NCBI GenBank assembly: GCA_045563435.1
Contig: JBJLJD010000002.1
Span: 17,992 to 81,991, forward strand
Reading direction: 5' to 3'
DNA length: 64,000 nt
Source: Gammaproteobacteria bacterium
Lineage (GTDB): Bacteria > Pseudomonadota > Gammaproteobacteria > Magnimaribacterales > TMED112
The notes beneath the pieces are model-generated. The model was not told the DNA's origin, searched no databases, and was given only the letters and a program-made list of their open reading frames with translations. Of this stretch, positions 25,415 through 36,217 are shown in pieces (within the stretch, counting starts at the first letter, position 1; each line of letters starts with the position of its first letter). The translations under genes and the position numbers were made by a program.

Positions 25415-26938
25415 TTATTTTGGACCAGAAGCAAGAATCTCTTTACTTACTTCAAATTTTTTAATGTTTTCTTTAAATCTTTGTGCCAATTCTTTGGATT
25501 CAGAGTCATACTTATCTTTATCATCCCATGCATTTCTTGGATTTAGATATTTCTCATCTACTCCAGGTATTTTACTTGGAATTGTTAAATTTAAAGACTC
25601 TATATGATGAGTATCAGTATGATCAATATCATTATCCTGTATAGCTGAGATAATTGCTCGAGTAACAGGAATAGGAAATCTTTTTCCTACCCCATATCCT
25701 CCTCCTGTCCACCCAGTATTTACGAGGTAAACTTTTGTATTCATCCTTTCAATTCTCTTAATAAGTAGATCTGCATAAACACTAGCAGGCCTTGGAAAAA
25801 AAGGAGCTCCAAAACAAGTTGAAAAAGTAAAATCCATTGATTTTGTACTTCCTACTTCGGTAGAGCCTACTTTAGCTGTATAACCACTTAAAAAATGGTA
25901 AGCAGCTGAAGTTTTATTAAGTATGCTTACTGGTGGCAAAACTCCTGATAAATCACAAGTTAAAAAAATAATATTATCTGGCTCTATTCCTTCATTTTCT
26001 GGGACGCTATTTTCAATAAACTCTCTTGGATAGCAGCATCTAGTATTCTCAGTATATTTATCACTATCATAATCAGGATTACCTTGAATATCGGTATCAA
26101 CGTTTTCTAACACACTCCCAAACTTAATTGCATCCCAAATTAATGGTTCATTTTCTTTGGAAAGCTTTATACACTTAGCATAACAACCACCCTCAAAATT
26201 AAAGACTGTGCCATCGCCCCATCCATGCTCATCATCTCCAATAAGCGAACACTTAGGATCTGCCGATAGCGTTGTTTTACCTGTTCCAGATAAACCAAAA
26301 AATAATGTTGTTCGTCCATCTGAGGTTTGATTTGCAGAGCAGTGCATAGGAAGTACATTTTTTTCAGGCAATAGAAAGTTTTGTACAGCAAACATAGATT
26401 TTTTCATTTCACCGGCATATTTCATACCAGCAATCAAAACCTTTCTTTTATGAAAATTGATTATCACACAGCCATCAGAATTTGTTTTATCAACTTCAGG
26501 GTCACAAATAAAATTAGGCGCCGAAAGTAACTGCCAAACTTCTTTATTCTCCGAGTTATATTTATTAGGAACAATAAAGATTAATTTTGAAAAGAGAGAA
26601 TGCCATGCTTTTTCACACTTTACTTCTACTGGAATATAGTGATCTTTATTTGAACCAACATGAACTTCTGTTTTGTAGTGTTTTTTGTTACTTAGATAAT
26701 CGGAAACTTTATCCCATAGATTATTAAAATCATCTGAATTAAAAGGCTGATTAACCTCACCCCATTCAATTTGATCCCTAGTACTCGCTTCTTCTACAAT
26801 AAATCTATCCTTTGGACTTCTGCCAGTCCTACTTCCAGTTAAGGCTAGAAATGCGCCGTTGCTGGCAAGTTTTCCTTCATCATTAGCAACTGCTTCTTCA
26901 ATAAGTTTAGAATTAGATAAAATTTGTTCTTTTGACAT
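25415..26938 (-). CDS. pckA: Phosphoenolpyruvate carboxykinase (ATP)
   Basis: Kinase-1a loop [23 protein letters not shown], and NTGWTGG. Confidence 0.95.
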   Translation of the reverse strand: MSKEQILSNSKLIEEAVANDEGKLASNGAFLALTGSRTGRSPKDRFIVEEASTRDQIEWGEVNQPFNSDDFNNLWDKVSDYLSNKKHYKTEVHVGSNKDHYIPVEVKCEKAWHSLFSKLIFIVPNKYNSENKEVWQLLSAPNFICDPEVDKTNSDGCVIINFHKRKVLIAGMKYAGEMKKSMFAVQNFLLPEKNVLPMHCSANQTSDGRTTLFFGLSGTGKTTLSADPKCSLIGDDEHGWGDGTVFNFEGGCYAKCIKLSKENEPLIWDAIKFGSVLENVDTDIQGNPDYDSDKYTENTRCCYPREFIENSVPENEGIEPDNIIFLTCDLSGVLPPVSILNKTSAAYHFLSGYTAKVGSTEVGSTKSMDFTFSTCFGAPFFPRPASVYADLLIKRIERMNTKVYLVNTGWTGGGYGVGKRFPIPVTRAIISAIQDNDIDHTDTHHIESLNLTIPSKIPGVDEKYLNPRNAWDDKDKYDSESKELAQRFKENIKKFEVSKEILASGPK

Positions 26939-26955
26939 TAAAGGTAGCCCAATAT

Positions 26956-27459
26956 TTATTTACTCATATTTGTGAAAATTAAAAGGTATCTTAACAGTAT
27001 TAATAAAATCATTGAAGCAAAATAGACTGTCGACCATTCGGCAATATTTAAAGACAAAAACGTCCAAACTTCTTCAGCACACTTGCTGCTACCAATGAAA
27101 ATTTTTTGAATACCTTCAAAAAATGGATAAATATTAAATACAACATCAAAAGGCATGTCACATAAACCATCAGGCAGTTGATCCTTCGGTAAATTTTGTA
27201 AATATATTTGTCTACTTCCTGCTGACAGACCTATAGTTAAGGCCAAGATTCCAAGGATATCAAAATAAATTTTTAATATCGGCGTTAAAATCTTTAACAG
27301 AAAAATTATAAAAATAGTTCGAGCCGCATAAGATTGAATTAAACATAGATTACATGGTGTAAGGCCCTCTATGTTTTCAAGATAATATTGACTTAGAACA
27401 ACAAATCCCGAGCAAAAAGTAATAAAAAAATCTAAATAGTTTTGAAAAAATGCTTTCAC
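26956..27459 (-). CDS. dsbB: Disulfide bond formation protein B
   Basis: Four TM segments. First periplasmic loop CNLC, and a second Cys pair (CDMP...KC) in the large loop. Confidence 0.8.
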   Translation of the reverse strand: MKAFFQNYLDFFITFCSGFVVLSQYYLENIEGLTPCNLCLIQSYAARTIFIIFLLKILTPILKIYFDILGILALTIGLSAGSRQIYLQNLPKDQLPDGLCDMPFDVVFNIYPFFEGIQKIFIGSSKCAEEVWTFLSLNIAEWSTVYFASMILLILLRYLLIFTNMSK

Positions 27460-27482
27460 AATTAAGTATTATATATACTTCT

Positions 27483-30137
27483 ATGAATTTTCAACCGAAC
27501 GTTATTCTAATAGATGGGACATCCTACATTTATCGAGCATTCCATGCGTTGCCCCCTTTAACTACATCAACTGGTAAACCTACTGGAGCAACTAGAGGAT
27601 TTGCAGCGATGTTGAATAAATTAATAAAAACGTATCCTGAAACACCAATGGTTATGGTCTTTGATGCAAAGGGAAAAAATTTTAGAAATGATTATTATGA
27701 AAAATATAAAGCAAATAGACCTCCAATGCCCAATGAGCTTAGACATCAGATTGAGGATATAAAAAAATTATGTGGTCTATTTAATTTTACAGTTCAGGAA
27801 GTTGAAGACGTTGAAGCAGATGATGTTATTGCTACTTTAGTCTCTAATCTTACTGAAGATAAAATTTTAATATCTTCTCCAGACAAAGATCTAACTCAGT
27901 TAGTGAGTAAAAATGTGATTCAACATAATTCAATGAGTGATATATTCTTCGATGAAAATGGTGTAAAAGAAAAATTTGGAGTTTTTCCAAATAAAGTGGC
28001 TGAATTACTAGCTTTAGTAGGAGATAAATCAGATAACATCCCAGGAATTACAAAAGTGGGAGAAAAAACTGCCGCTAAATGGCTTAATGAATACGGAACT
28101 TTGGATGAAGTTATAAAAAATGCTGAAAATATCACGGGAAAAGTTGGTGAAAATCTTAGAGAGGAAAAAAATGTTCTACAGAGGAATCTCTTTTTGGTCA
28201 GCTTAAAAAGTGATATTAATTTAGAACTTCAAAAAGGCGACATCTCAACTCCAAAAGCAAATAGTAGTGGACTACAAGAATTTTATAAGGGTTTAGAATT
28301 CAATACATTTATTGAACATGAGGATAATAAGAGCGCAAGTGTAGAGTACAAGTCTGTAAAATCTCTTGAAGAGCTAAAGAAACTTTCATCTCAATTCAAT
28401 AATTGTGACTATTTTAGCTTTGATACTGAAACAACGTCATTGGATGTAAATATTGCACAAATAGTTGGTTTTTCTTTTTGCTTTGAATCTGGAAAAGCCT
28501 TTTATGTGCCTTTAGAACATAACGAGAGCACAGATCTTTCAAAGGATAATGGAATAAAATGGTTAAAAGAAATCCTTCCTAAAAACTCATCAAAGCTTAT
28601 AGGGCAGAATTTAAAATATGACTTAGCAGTTCTTTCAAAAGAAGGAATTTACTTAGAGTCCTTTCTTGCTGATACGATGCTTATGTCATACGTATTAAAC
28701 AGCACTGCATCAAGACACAACCTTGATGCACTCTCTGAGTATTATCTTAATTTTAAAACTATTAAATATGAGGATGTAATAGGAAAAGGCGCAAAGAAAT
28801 ATAAATCATTTGCTGATGTGCCAATTAAAGAAGCAACAAATTATGCTGCTGAAGATGCTGATATAACTTTGCGGTTATATGAAAAGTTGTGTGATCTGCT
28901 TGATGAAGGGGCTCAAGACATTTTAAAAAATATGGAATACCCATTATTAATTGTCTTAATGCTAATGGAGAAAGATGGAGCACGTGTAGACACGGGACAT
29001 CTAAAAAAATTATCAAATAATTTTGGTGATCAACTTATGAAATTAGCAAAAAAAATACATGATGCTTCCGGCTCCGTATTTAATATTGATTCGCCAAAAC
29101 AACTTAGTGAAGTACTTTTTGAAAAACTAAAAATCGAAACAAAAGGTCTTAAAAAAACTAGCACTGGATACTACTCAACATCAGAGAGTGTGTTACAAAA
29201 ATTAGCCAACGAAAATCCTATTGTCAAAGATATTCTAAATTACAGGTCATTGGCAAAACTGAAAAGCACTTATACAGATAAGCTGTCCGAAATTTGTGAT
29301 GCTTCTTCCAGAGTTCATACGTCCTATCAGCAAGCCGTAACATCAACAGGAAGACTATCTTCTTCAGAACCTAATCTTCAAAATATACCTATTAGAACTG
29401 CAGAGGGAGTGAAAATACGAGAAGCTTTTGTGGCTTCAGAGGGCAAAAAGATTCTAGCAATGGACTACTCACAAATCGAATTAAGACTTATGGCACATTA
29501 TTCCAAAGATCAAATTATGCTAGATTCTTTTAAAAATAATGAGGACATTCATAAAAGAACAGCATCAGAGGTTTTCTCAGTTGAAATGGAAAATGTAACA
29601 GATGAAATGCGAAGAAGGGCAAAGACCATTAACTTTGGTTTGCTGTATGGAATGAGCGCTTTTGGTCTTTCAAATCAATTATCAGTATCTAGGGCTGAAG
29701 CTGAGGAGTTTCTTCTAAATTACTTCACTAAATACTCCTCTATAAAGGTATTTATGAAAGATGTTGTTGAACAAGCAAAAAAAGATAAATACGTCTCTAC
29801 TCTCTACGGCAGAAAAATTCATGTCCCTAATATTGAGTCACCAAATTACATGCTAAGACAAGCTTCAGAAAGAGCAGCAGTTAATGGCCCTTTGCAAGGT
29901 AGTGCTGCCGATATTATTAAAAGAGCAATGATTAATATCTTTAAAGAATCTGGAAAGAATGAAAAGGATATAAAAATGATATTGCAAGTTCACGATGAGT
30001 TAGTTTTCGAAGTTCCAGAAGATTACGATGAAAAAAATATTTCTTACTTAATTGATTTAATGGAAGAGAGCTCTTCGATTGATGTGCCACTAAAAGTCGA
30101 GTATGGCTTTGGCTTAAATTGGCGTGAGGCTCATTAG
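27483..30137 (+). CDS. polA: DNA polymerase I
   Basis: 5' nuclease LIDGTSYIYRAFHA; 3'-5' exonuclease FDTETTSLD; pol motif A DYSQIELR; motif B RRRAKTINFGLLYGMSAFGL; motif C QVHDELVFE. The start is set at ATG 27483, because the track start at 27450 would overlap dsbB. Confidence 0.95.
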   Translation: MNFQPNVILIDGTSYIYRAFHALPPLTTSTGKPTGATRGFAAMLNKLIKTYPETPMVMVFDAKGKNFRNDYYEKYKANRPPMPNELRHQIEDIKKLCGLFNFTVQEVEDVEADDVIATLVSNLTEDKILISSPDKDLTQLVSKNVIQHNSMSDIFFDENGVKEKFGVFPNKVAELLALVGDKSDNIPGITKVGEKTAAKWLNEYGTLDEVIKNAENITGKVGENLREEKNVLQRNLFLVSLKSDINLELQKGDISTPKANSSGLQEFYKGLEFNTFIEHEDNKSASVEYKSVKSLEELKKLSSQFNNCDYFSFDTETTSLDVNIAQIVGFSFCFESGKAFYVPLEHNESTDLSKDNGIKWLKEILPKNSSKLIGQNLKYDLAVLSKEGIYLESFLADTMLMSYVLNSTASRHNLDALSEYYLNFKTIKYEDVIGKGAKKYKSFADVPIKEATNYAAEDADITLRLYEKLCDLLDEGAQDILKNMEYPLLIVLMLMEKDGARVDTGHLKKLSNNFGDQLMKLAKKIHDASGSVFNIDSPKQLSEVLFEKLKIETKGLKKTSTGYYSTSESVLQKLANENPIVKDILNYRSLAKLKSTYTDKLSEICDASSRVHTSYQQAVTSTGRLSSSEPNLQNIPIRTAEGVKIREAFVASEGKKILAMDYSQIELRLMAHYSKDQIMLDSFKNNEDIHKRTASEVFSVEMENVTDEMRRRAKTINFGLLYGMSAFGLSNQLSVSRAEAEEFLLNYFTKYSSIKVFMKDVVEQAKKDKYVSTLYGRKIHVPNIESPNYMLRQASERAAVNGPLQGSAADIIKRAMINIFKESGKNEKDIKMILQVHDELVFEVPEDYDEKNISYLIDLMEESSSIDVPLKVEYGFGLNWREAH

Positions 30138-30718
30138 ATTAATTTATCGATTTTTTTTGCTAGGGTCGTTACTAATCCAATATCTTTGTTACTTAAAAGA
30201 TAACAGCTCTGAAAATTTTCTTCAAAGCTTTTTGAAACCTCGATTATTTGCCCATTTTTAAGCTTATCTATTTTTGTAAGCACGATATGAAATGGCAAAT
30301 TGAGTTTGTTGAGATACTCAATCATTTGTATGTCAGTTTCTTTAATTTTCTTTGATTTAAAGAATGAATTTGAGTCAATAAATAGAAAAGCATATTTTAA
30401 ATTTTCTCTCTCTTCAAAATATCTGGGCAATTCCCTCTGCCATGACTTGATTTGAGATTTTGAAATATTTGCAAATCCATACCCAGGAAAATCAACAATA
30501 AAATTATTATCTTTTTTAAAATAATTAAATAACTTTGTTTTCCCTGGCTTCTTACTGGTATAAGAGAGCTTTTTATTATTTGCCAACAAATTAATAGCTG
30601 AGGATTTGCCTGAATTAGATGCTCCTACAAATGCAATTTCCTGACAATTGAGACTTGGTATTTGCTCAAAAAGTTCGTAACTAGCAAAAAATTCTAAATT
30701 TATAGTATGACGGTCCAT
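30134..30718 (-). CDS. engB: Ribosome biogenesis GTPase EngB/YihA
   Basis: G1 GASNSGKSS, G3 DFPGYGF, G4 TKIDK. Confidence 0.9.
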   Translation of the reverse strand: MDRHTINLEFFASYELFEQIPSLNCQEIAFVGASNSGKSSAINLLANNKKLSYTSKKPGKTKLFNYFKKDNNFIVDFPGYGFANISKSQIKSWQRELPRYFEERENLKYAFLFIDSNSFFKSKKIKETDIQMIEYLNKLNLPFHIVLTKIDKLKNGQIIEVSKSFEENFQSCYLLSNKDIGLVTTLAKKIDKLI

Positions 30719-30752
30719 ATTTCGAAAAAACTTGTTATATAATCATTTTCGC

Positions 30753-31328
30753 ATGTTTAGATTGTTTTCAATAATTCTATTTGCCTTTCCATTATTGGCT
30801 CAACCAAAGTTAAATGTCGACTATATTGAAATACCTGAGGGATTGGTCAAAGAAAAGGGTGTAACTGAAATCTTTTGGTACGGTTGCCCAGCTTGTTTAG
30901 AGTATGAAAATACTCTTAAAAAGATTAAAGAAATAGATCCAACTATTGAAGTTAATAAGATTCCTCAATTTAGACTTCCAGCAGCAAAAACCTTTTACAC
31001 CATTGAGTCATTAAATCTTGGTGATGAAGTCCACGACAAAGTATTTAAAGACTGGCAGCTCAAAAGAAAACCACTTGGTAGTGACAAAGATGTCGAAAAT
31101 TTTGCGAAAAGACATAATCTTGATGTTGAAAATTTTATGAGAGTGTACAACTCTTTTAGCATCAATATAAAAGCAAAAAATGCCATAGCCGTTCCAAGAA
31201 AACTTATTGAAAATGGAATTGATTTCAAAGGCACACCAACTGTTGTAGTTAATGGTAAATATATTGTGACAAGACAAAGAAATGTGAGTAAGGAGATAGA
31301 GAATATAATCTTTCTTTTGAATAAATAA
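30753..31328 (+). CDS. dsbA: Thiol:disulfide interchange protein DsbA
   Basis: Signal peptide MFRLFSIILFAFPLLA and active site WYGCPACLEY. The ATG at 30753 is preferred to the TTG at 30732. Confidence 0.85.
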   Translation: MFRLFSIILFAFPLLAQPKLNVDYIEIPEGLVKEKGVTEIFWYGCPACLEYENTLKKIKEIDPTIEVNKIPQFRLPAAKTFYTIESLNLGDEVHDKVFKDWQLKRKPLGSDKDVENFAKRHNLDVENFMRVYNSFSINIKAKNAIAVPRKLIENGIDFKGTPTVVVNGKYIVTRQRNVSKEIENIIFLLNK

Positions 31329-31363
31329 CTTGAAATAAAAAAATTTAAATAAATAAAGTAACT

Positions 31364-31759
31364 ATGAAAAATTTGATTTACCTCTCACTTTTAATACCGG
31401 GTCTTCTTTTTGCAGATGACTACGAAGATGAAGTAAGAGACAGACTCAATAAATTTTCAGGAAGCACTATTGCTGTGGATAATGGCTCGCAAGAGGGCGA
31501 GGAAGTTATCTCAAGGAGTGGTAAGGAAGTTTATGATATTGGCTGTGCTGCATGCCATACTGCTGGGCTAGCTGGCTCTCCGTTATTGGGCGATCAATCT
31601 CAATGGGAAGCTAGACTTGTAAAAGGTGTTGAGACATTAACAAATAATGCCTACAACGGCTACAATGCAATGCCTGCCAAAGGTCTTTGTATGGATTGCT
31701 CAAAGGAAGAAATTAGAGCTTCAGTAGATTACATGCTCGAGGCTTTAACAGTCGACTAG
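31364..31759 (+). CDS. Cytochrome c5-type monoheme cytochrome
   Basis: Signal peptide, heme site CAACH, distal Met in YNAMPAKG, and the c5-typical CMDC pair. Confidence 0.85.
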   Translation: MKNLIYLSLLIPGLLFADDYEDEVRDRLNKFSGSTIAVDNGSQEGEEVISRSGKEVYDIGCAACHTAGLAGSPLLGDQSQWEARLVKGVETLTNNAYNGYNAMPAKGLCMDCSKEEIRASVDYMLEALTVD

Positions 31760-31932
31760 ATTTTCTGTTCTAATTCTTCAATTCTTTTTTCTAATTGATC
31801 AACTTTAGCAATTAGTTGTTCTAGCTCATCTTTTTTAACAAAACCAGAATCTTTCATAAATTTCTCAAGGGCAGGTTTCACCATTTTTTCCATGCCTTTT
31901 AAATCTTTGCCCATTCCAAACGGATTAAACAT
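31756..31932 (-). CDS. UbiK/YqiC-family small coiled-coil protein (58 aa, absent from the ORF track)
   Basis: Hand translation: MFNPFGMGKDLKGMEKMVKPALEKFMKDSGFVKKDELEQLIAKVDQLEKRIEELEQKI. The FVKKDELEQ...LEKRIEELE tail matches the UbiK pattern (LVSREEFD...LEQRISELE in E. coli). Confidence 0.6.
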   Translation of the reverse strand: MFNPFGMGKDLKGMEKMVKPALEKFMKDSGFVKKDELEQLIAKVDQLEKRIEELEQKI

Positions 31933-32671
31933 TTTCTCTCTCCAAAATAAAATTTTTATTAATTAAATTGTAGACCTCTTTCCAGTTTTTAGCTTGTAAT
32001 TCACATGGAAAGATCTCTGTCCACTTTTTTCCCTCAGAATTAAACCATATGGTATTAAAGCTACAATTTCTTGCACCTCCCACATCATTTATAGGACAGT
32101 CTCCGATATGAATAACTTCATTTGCCTCGCATTTTGATAATTCTAATGCCTTCAAAAAATGATCTGGTGATGGTTTGTTGCTTTTAACATCCTTTGAATT
32201 AATTGAGAAATCAAATATATGATCTATACCTATAAGCTTAAGGTCTGCATTGCCATTCGATAGAGAAGCAACCTTTGTTTTTCTAAAAAGTCTTTCAATA
32301 ATGATTTTTGCATCTTTATACAATTGAACTTTATTCCTAGATTTAAAAAATTCGTTGAAAGCTTCGTTGCTGTAGTAAGTAGCTTCACTTTCATCAGCTC
32401 CAACTTCTTGAAGAATATACTTTATGATTTCTTTACGGAAAGAAGTTAAATCAAATTTTAAATTTGGATTTTTTTCAACTAAAGTTACTCTAATTTCACT
32501 TATGCGCTTATCGTCATAGTCATTATATATTTCTGGAAATTTAGTAAATACAAAATCCCACATTGCTTTTTCTGCCTCAATAATAACCTTATTGTTAGGC
32601 CACACAGTATTATCCAAGTCTAGTGTAATAAGTTTAATTTTCTTTCTTAGCATGAGGGTGTGAGGCATCAT
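31925..32671 (-). CDS. HAD-superfamily hydrolase (YigB-like, downstream of xerC)
   Basis: Motif I LITLDLDNTVW and motif IV-like GDCPINDVGGA. Same position as E. coli yigB in dapF-yigA-xerC-yigB. The true start may be an internal Met (around 32653). Confidence 0.75.
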   Translation of the reverse strand: MMPHTLMLRKKIKLITLDLDNTVWPNNKVIIEAEKAMWDFVFTKFPEIYNDYDDKRISEIRVTLVEKNPNLKFDLTSFRKEIIKYILQEVGADESEATYYSNEAFNEFFKSRNKVQLYKDAKIIIERLFRKTKVASLSNGNADLKLIGIDHIFDFSINSKDVKSNKPSPDHFLKALELSKCEANEVIHIGDCPINDVGGARNCSFNTIWFNSEGKKWTEIFPCELQAKNWKEVYNLINKNFILERENV

Positions 32672-33518
32672 AAATTTTCGCCAGTTGTTGGAAATTAAGT
32701 TTAGTATAAATTTGAGTGGTTGTGAGGCTGCTATGTCCTAGCATTTCTTGAATAGATCTTAAGTCTCCACTTGATTCAAGAAGATGAGAGGCAAAACTAT
32801 GTCTCAGCATATGCGGATGTACAGGTTGCATTCCTTGCGAAACTGAGATTTTATATAATCTTTGCTGGAAAGCTCTCACAGATATTCTATTACCATACTT
32901 ATTAGTAAAAAAAGCATCAGTTTTGATTCCTTTGGTCTCTCTAAAATTAATCCAATCTTGAATTGCTATTTGCGCAAATTTGCCAACAGGTATAAGCCTC
33001 TCTTTTTTTCCTTTCCCAAAAACTTTTACAAAGGAATAATTTGACTCAAAAGAAGATAAATTTAATCCAACTGCTTCTGAAACTCTTAATCCTGAAGAGT
33101 AGAGCAGTTCTAAAAAGGCTTTGTCCCTAAAATCTGACATTGTTTTTGGTTCAAATGATAATAGTTTTGCAACATCTTCGGGCGGTAAAGCCTTAGGCAA
33201 GGTTTCATTAAGTTTTGGACTTTGAATATTTTCAAAAACATTCTCGTCTACTTCTTCGACCTTTTTTAAATATCTAAAAAAATTTCTTAAAGAAGAAAGA
33301 TTTCTAAGGATAGAGCGATTACCGAGTCCTTTTTTTCTTAAATCAAAAATCCAGGAAGTTACATCTTGCTGTTCTAATGACTCAATACTTATTTTTGTTT
33401 TAGATGCAAAGGTTAGAAACCTCTTAACATCTCTCTCATAGTTTGAGATTGTATGATTGGAGTAATTTTTAACTCTCAAAAAAGTTTTTAAATTTTCAAA
33501 AATATTCTCTTTCATCAA
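32634..33518 (-). CDS. xerC: Tyrosine recombinase XerC (chromosome dimer resolution)
   Basis: HMLRHSFASHLL and LGHSSLTTTQIYT catalytic boxes. Synteny with dapF and yigB. Confidence 0.88.
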   Translation of the reverse strand: MMKENIFENLKTFLRVKNYSNHTISNYERDVKRFLTFASKTKISIESLEQQDVTSWIFDLRKKGLGNRSILRNLSSLRNFFRYLKKVEEVDENVFENIQSPKLNETLPKALPPEDVAKLLSFEPKTMSDFRDKAFLELLYSSGLRVSEAVGLNLSSFESNYSFVKVFGKGKKERLIPVGKFAQIAIQDWINFRETKGIKTDAFFTNKYGNRISVRAFQQRLYKISVSQGMQPVHPHMLRHSFASHLLESSGDLRSIQEMLGHSSLTTTQIYTKLNFQQLAKIYDASHPHAKKEN

Positions 33519-34188
33519 ATTTACTTTTATTTATTATTTCAGTATTTGCTTCTGAACATATTTTATTATCATCTTCTTTATAACAGATCATTTGACCCCC
33601 TCTAGAATTTAAAAAAATTTTGTCCAACGAAGGATTCTTTCTAAAGATTACAAAAGCTGTTGCAGAACTTCCACTTCCACATGAAAGCGTTTCACCTACC
33701 CCTGCTTCAAAAGTCCTTATTAGAAACTTATCATCTGAAACATGTTTATAAATGCTTAAATTAAAATTATCTGAATTAAAGAATTTCCCTATTTTTTCAT
33801 GTTCATTTTCTAAATCATCATCTATTAAATTATCAGACTCCCAAACAATGTGATAATTTGTTGTGTCGACATAAATAAATCCATCTAAAAGTTCTTTGTA
33901 ATTATTAATTTTCACAGTGGCCTTAATATTTTTTGCTATTGGTTTATCTCCATTCAATAGAGCCTTTATACACCTTTTCCCATTAATGCAGTTTAGAGCA
34001 GGTGTTCCATCTCGATTGAAAATTTTTAAATCCCTAAAAGAGGTGTCATCTTCTTTATGTATTAGTAATTGGTCAAATTTAAGGTCTTTATTTTTATTGA
34101 GTTTTTCAAAAGAGCATTTTGTGATTTTTTCATTGTTAGTAATGATAAAGGAGTTGCCATTACAGTGCATTTTTACAAATTCAATCAT
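33496..34188 (-). CDS. dapF: Diaminopimelate epimerase (short, 230 aa)
   Basis: N-terminal FVKMHCNGNSF and second catalytic Cys region LSCGSGSSA. Lies upstream of xerC. Confidence 0.8.
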   Translation of the reverse strand: MIEFVKMHCNGNSFIITNNEKITKCSFEKLNKNKDLKFDQLLIHKEDDTSFRDLKIFNRDGTPALNCINGKRCIKALLNGDKPIAKNIKATVKINNYKELLDGFIYVDTTNYHIVWESDNLIDDDLENEHEKIGKFFNSDNFNLSIYKHVSDDKFLIRTFEAGVGETLSCGSGSSATAFVIFRKNPSLDKIFLNSRGGQMICYKEDDNKICSEANTEIINKSKFDEREYF

Positions 34189-34255
34189 TTAATTTTTTAA
34201 TACCCGTTTATTTTTAAATTTCAATTATATAATTGACCTGAGGTTTTTTCTTAAA

Positions 34256-36217
34256 TTGATCAAAAACAGGACTGTAAATGCATTAAGATTTCTGTCTGTA
34301 GACAGTGTGGAGAAGGCTGCTTCAGGACATCCAGGAATGCCACTTGGCATGGCAGACATAGCAGAGATTCTATGGCGAAAGCATCTTAGGCATTCTCCAA
34401 AAAATCCAAAATGGTTTGACAGAGATAGATTTGTCTTATCAAATGGACATGGCTCTATGCTCTTATATAGTCTTTTGCATCTTACTGGCTATGACTTAAC
34501 TATCCAAGATCTCAAAGATTTCAGACAATTAAAATCTAAAACTCCTGGTCATCCGGAATATGGAATCACTCCAGGTGTTGAAACTACTACAGGACCTCTT
34601 GGACAAGGAATTGCTAATGCTGTTGGGATGGCTTTAGCCGAGAAAATCCTGGCTAATCTCCTAAATAGCAAAAAAACAAATGTAATTGATCATTATACTT
34701 ACTGTTTTTTAGGTGATGGGTGTCTTATGGAAGGGATTTCACATGAAGCTATGTCTTTTGCTGGTGTTCATGAACTTAATAAATTAATTTGCTTTTATGA
34801 TTCAAATGGAATTTCTATAGATGGGCAAATAAGTGATTGGTACAAAGACGATATTTCATTAAGGTGTAAGGCATATGGATGGAATGTCATCGATAATATA
34901 GATGGACATAATAGAGAAGAAATCGATGAAGCAATTTCTGTTGCAAAGAAGTCAAAAAAACCAACTATGATTGTATGTAAAACGCATATTGGTTACGGTG
35001 CAGGCGACAAGCAAGATTCTGAATCGTCTCACGGAGCTGCCCTTGGACCTGAGATTGTAAAGGAATTAAGAGAAAATCTTGATTGGCCATATTCTGAATT
35101 TGAAATCCCTCATGAAATTTATGCAGATTGGGATGCTTCAGACATAGGTCAAAAATATGAAAATGATTGGAATGAAAAAGTTCAAACCCTCAAATCAGAA
35201 AATCCAGAGAAGGGAGAACTTCTCGAAAGGTTGTTAAACGATGAGCTACCTGAGAAATTTGATTCTAATTTTAGTGTTTTTTTAGAGGAAATTTTGAAGC
35301 ACAATGAACCAATAGCAACTAGAAAAGCTTCTCAGAGAGTTCTTGAATTCTTAAAGAAAAACCTGCCAGAATTGATAGGCGGCTCAGCTGATTTAAGTGG
35401 CTCCAATAATACTAATACAAGTGTTTCAAACTCAATTACTAGCTCCCAAAATGGAAATTATATTTATTACGGCGTCAGAGAATTTGGTATGAATGCAATA
35501 ATGAATGGCATTTCTCTTCATGGAGGTCTTATTCCCTATGCGGGTACGTTTTTAGTATTCATGGATTACGGAAGAAATGCTGTAAGAATGGCTGCATTGA
35601 TGGGAATAAAAGTAATTTTTGTTTATTCTCACGATAGTGTTGCTCTTGGAGAAGATGGGCCAACTCATCAACCAATTGAGCATCTTACAACTTTAAGATC
35701 TACACCAAATATGCATACCTGGAGAGCAGCTTCATTGTTAGAGACAGCCGTTGCCTGGAAATCAGCTATTCAAAGAAATGATGGTCCGTCTTCCCTAATA
35801 CTTACGAGACAGAATATAGACAATATTGAGAATAAAAGTTTTGACGATGTATCAAAGGGAGGATACTTTTTAAGAAAATTTGATGATTCAAAAATTCAAC
35901 TTATAGGCACTGGGTCAGAGGTTTCTTTAGCGCTTGAAGCTGCCGAAATTCTTGAGCAAGAAGGAATCAAATGTAATGTCGTAAGTGTCCCTTGTATTGA
36001 AGTTTTAGAAACTAACAAAAAAATTTATAAAGAAATTTTTACCGAAAGCAAAATTAATATTGCTATTGAGTGTAGCCATCCAAATTCTTGGTATGCTCAC
36101 ACAAAGAATGTTATTGGAATTGAAGAATTTGGAGAATCAGGTAAAGGTCAGATATTAATGGAGCATTTTGGTTTCACCTCAAAAAAAATAGTAGAAAAAA
36201 TTAAAAGTTTTTTATGA
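34256..36217 (+). CDS. tkt: Transketolase
   Basis: SGHPGMPLGMA, ThDP motif GDGCLMEGISHEA, and EDGPTHQPIEH. Confidence 0.95.
   Translation: MIKNRTVNALRFLSVDSVEKAASGHPGMPLGMADIAEILWRKHLRHSPKNPKWFDRDRFVLSNGHGSMLLYSLLHLTGYDLTIQDLKDFRQLKSKTPGHPEYGITPGVETTTGPLGQGIANAVGMALAEKILANLLNSKKTNVIDHYTYCFLGDGCLMEGISHEAMSFAGVHELNKLICFYDSNGISIDGQISDWYKDDISLRCKAYGWNVIDNIDGHNREEIDEAISVAKKSKKPTMIVCKTHIGYGAGDKQDSESSHGAALGPEIVKELRENLDWPYSEFEIPHEIYADWDASDIGQKYENDWNEKVQTLKSENPEKGELLERLLNDELPEKFDSNFSVFLEEILKHNEPIATRKASQRVLEFLKKNLPELIGGSADLSGSNNTNTSVSNSITSSQNGNYIYYGVREFGMNAIMNGISLHGGLIPYAGTFLVFMDYGRNAVRMAALMGIKVIFVYSHDSVALGEDGPTHQPIEHLTTLRSTPNMHTWRAASLLETAVAWKSAIQRNDGPSSLILTRQNIDNIENKSFDDVSKGGYFLRKFDDSKIQLIGTGSEVSLALEAAEILEQEGIKCNVVSVPCIEVLETNKKIYKEIFTESKINIAIECSHPNSWYAHTKNVIGIEEFGESGKGQILMEHFGFTSKKIVEKIKSFL

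Noticed and set aside
27450-27482. N-terminal extensions in the ORF track: polA from 27450, miaB from 47677, dsbA from 30732, gshA to 25434.
   Set aside because: The extensions overlap neighbouring genes or add hydrophobic or low-complexity residues ahead of a Met that aligns with the conserved N-terminus of the family (MNFQPNVILIDG, MPKKLYIKTHGC, MFRLFSIILF signal peptide, MVAINRDK). The internal starts are preferred.
32634-33518. A tyrosine recombinase that could mark an integrative mobile element.
   Set aside because: It sits in the conserved dapF-xerC-yigB housekeeping operon with no flanking tRNA, repeats or cargo genes. It is the chromosomal dimer-resolution XerC.
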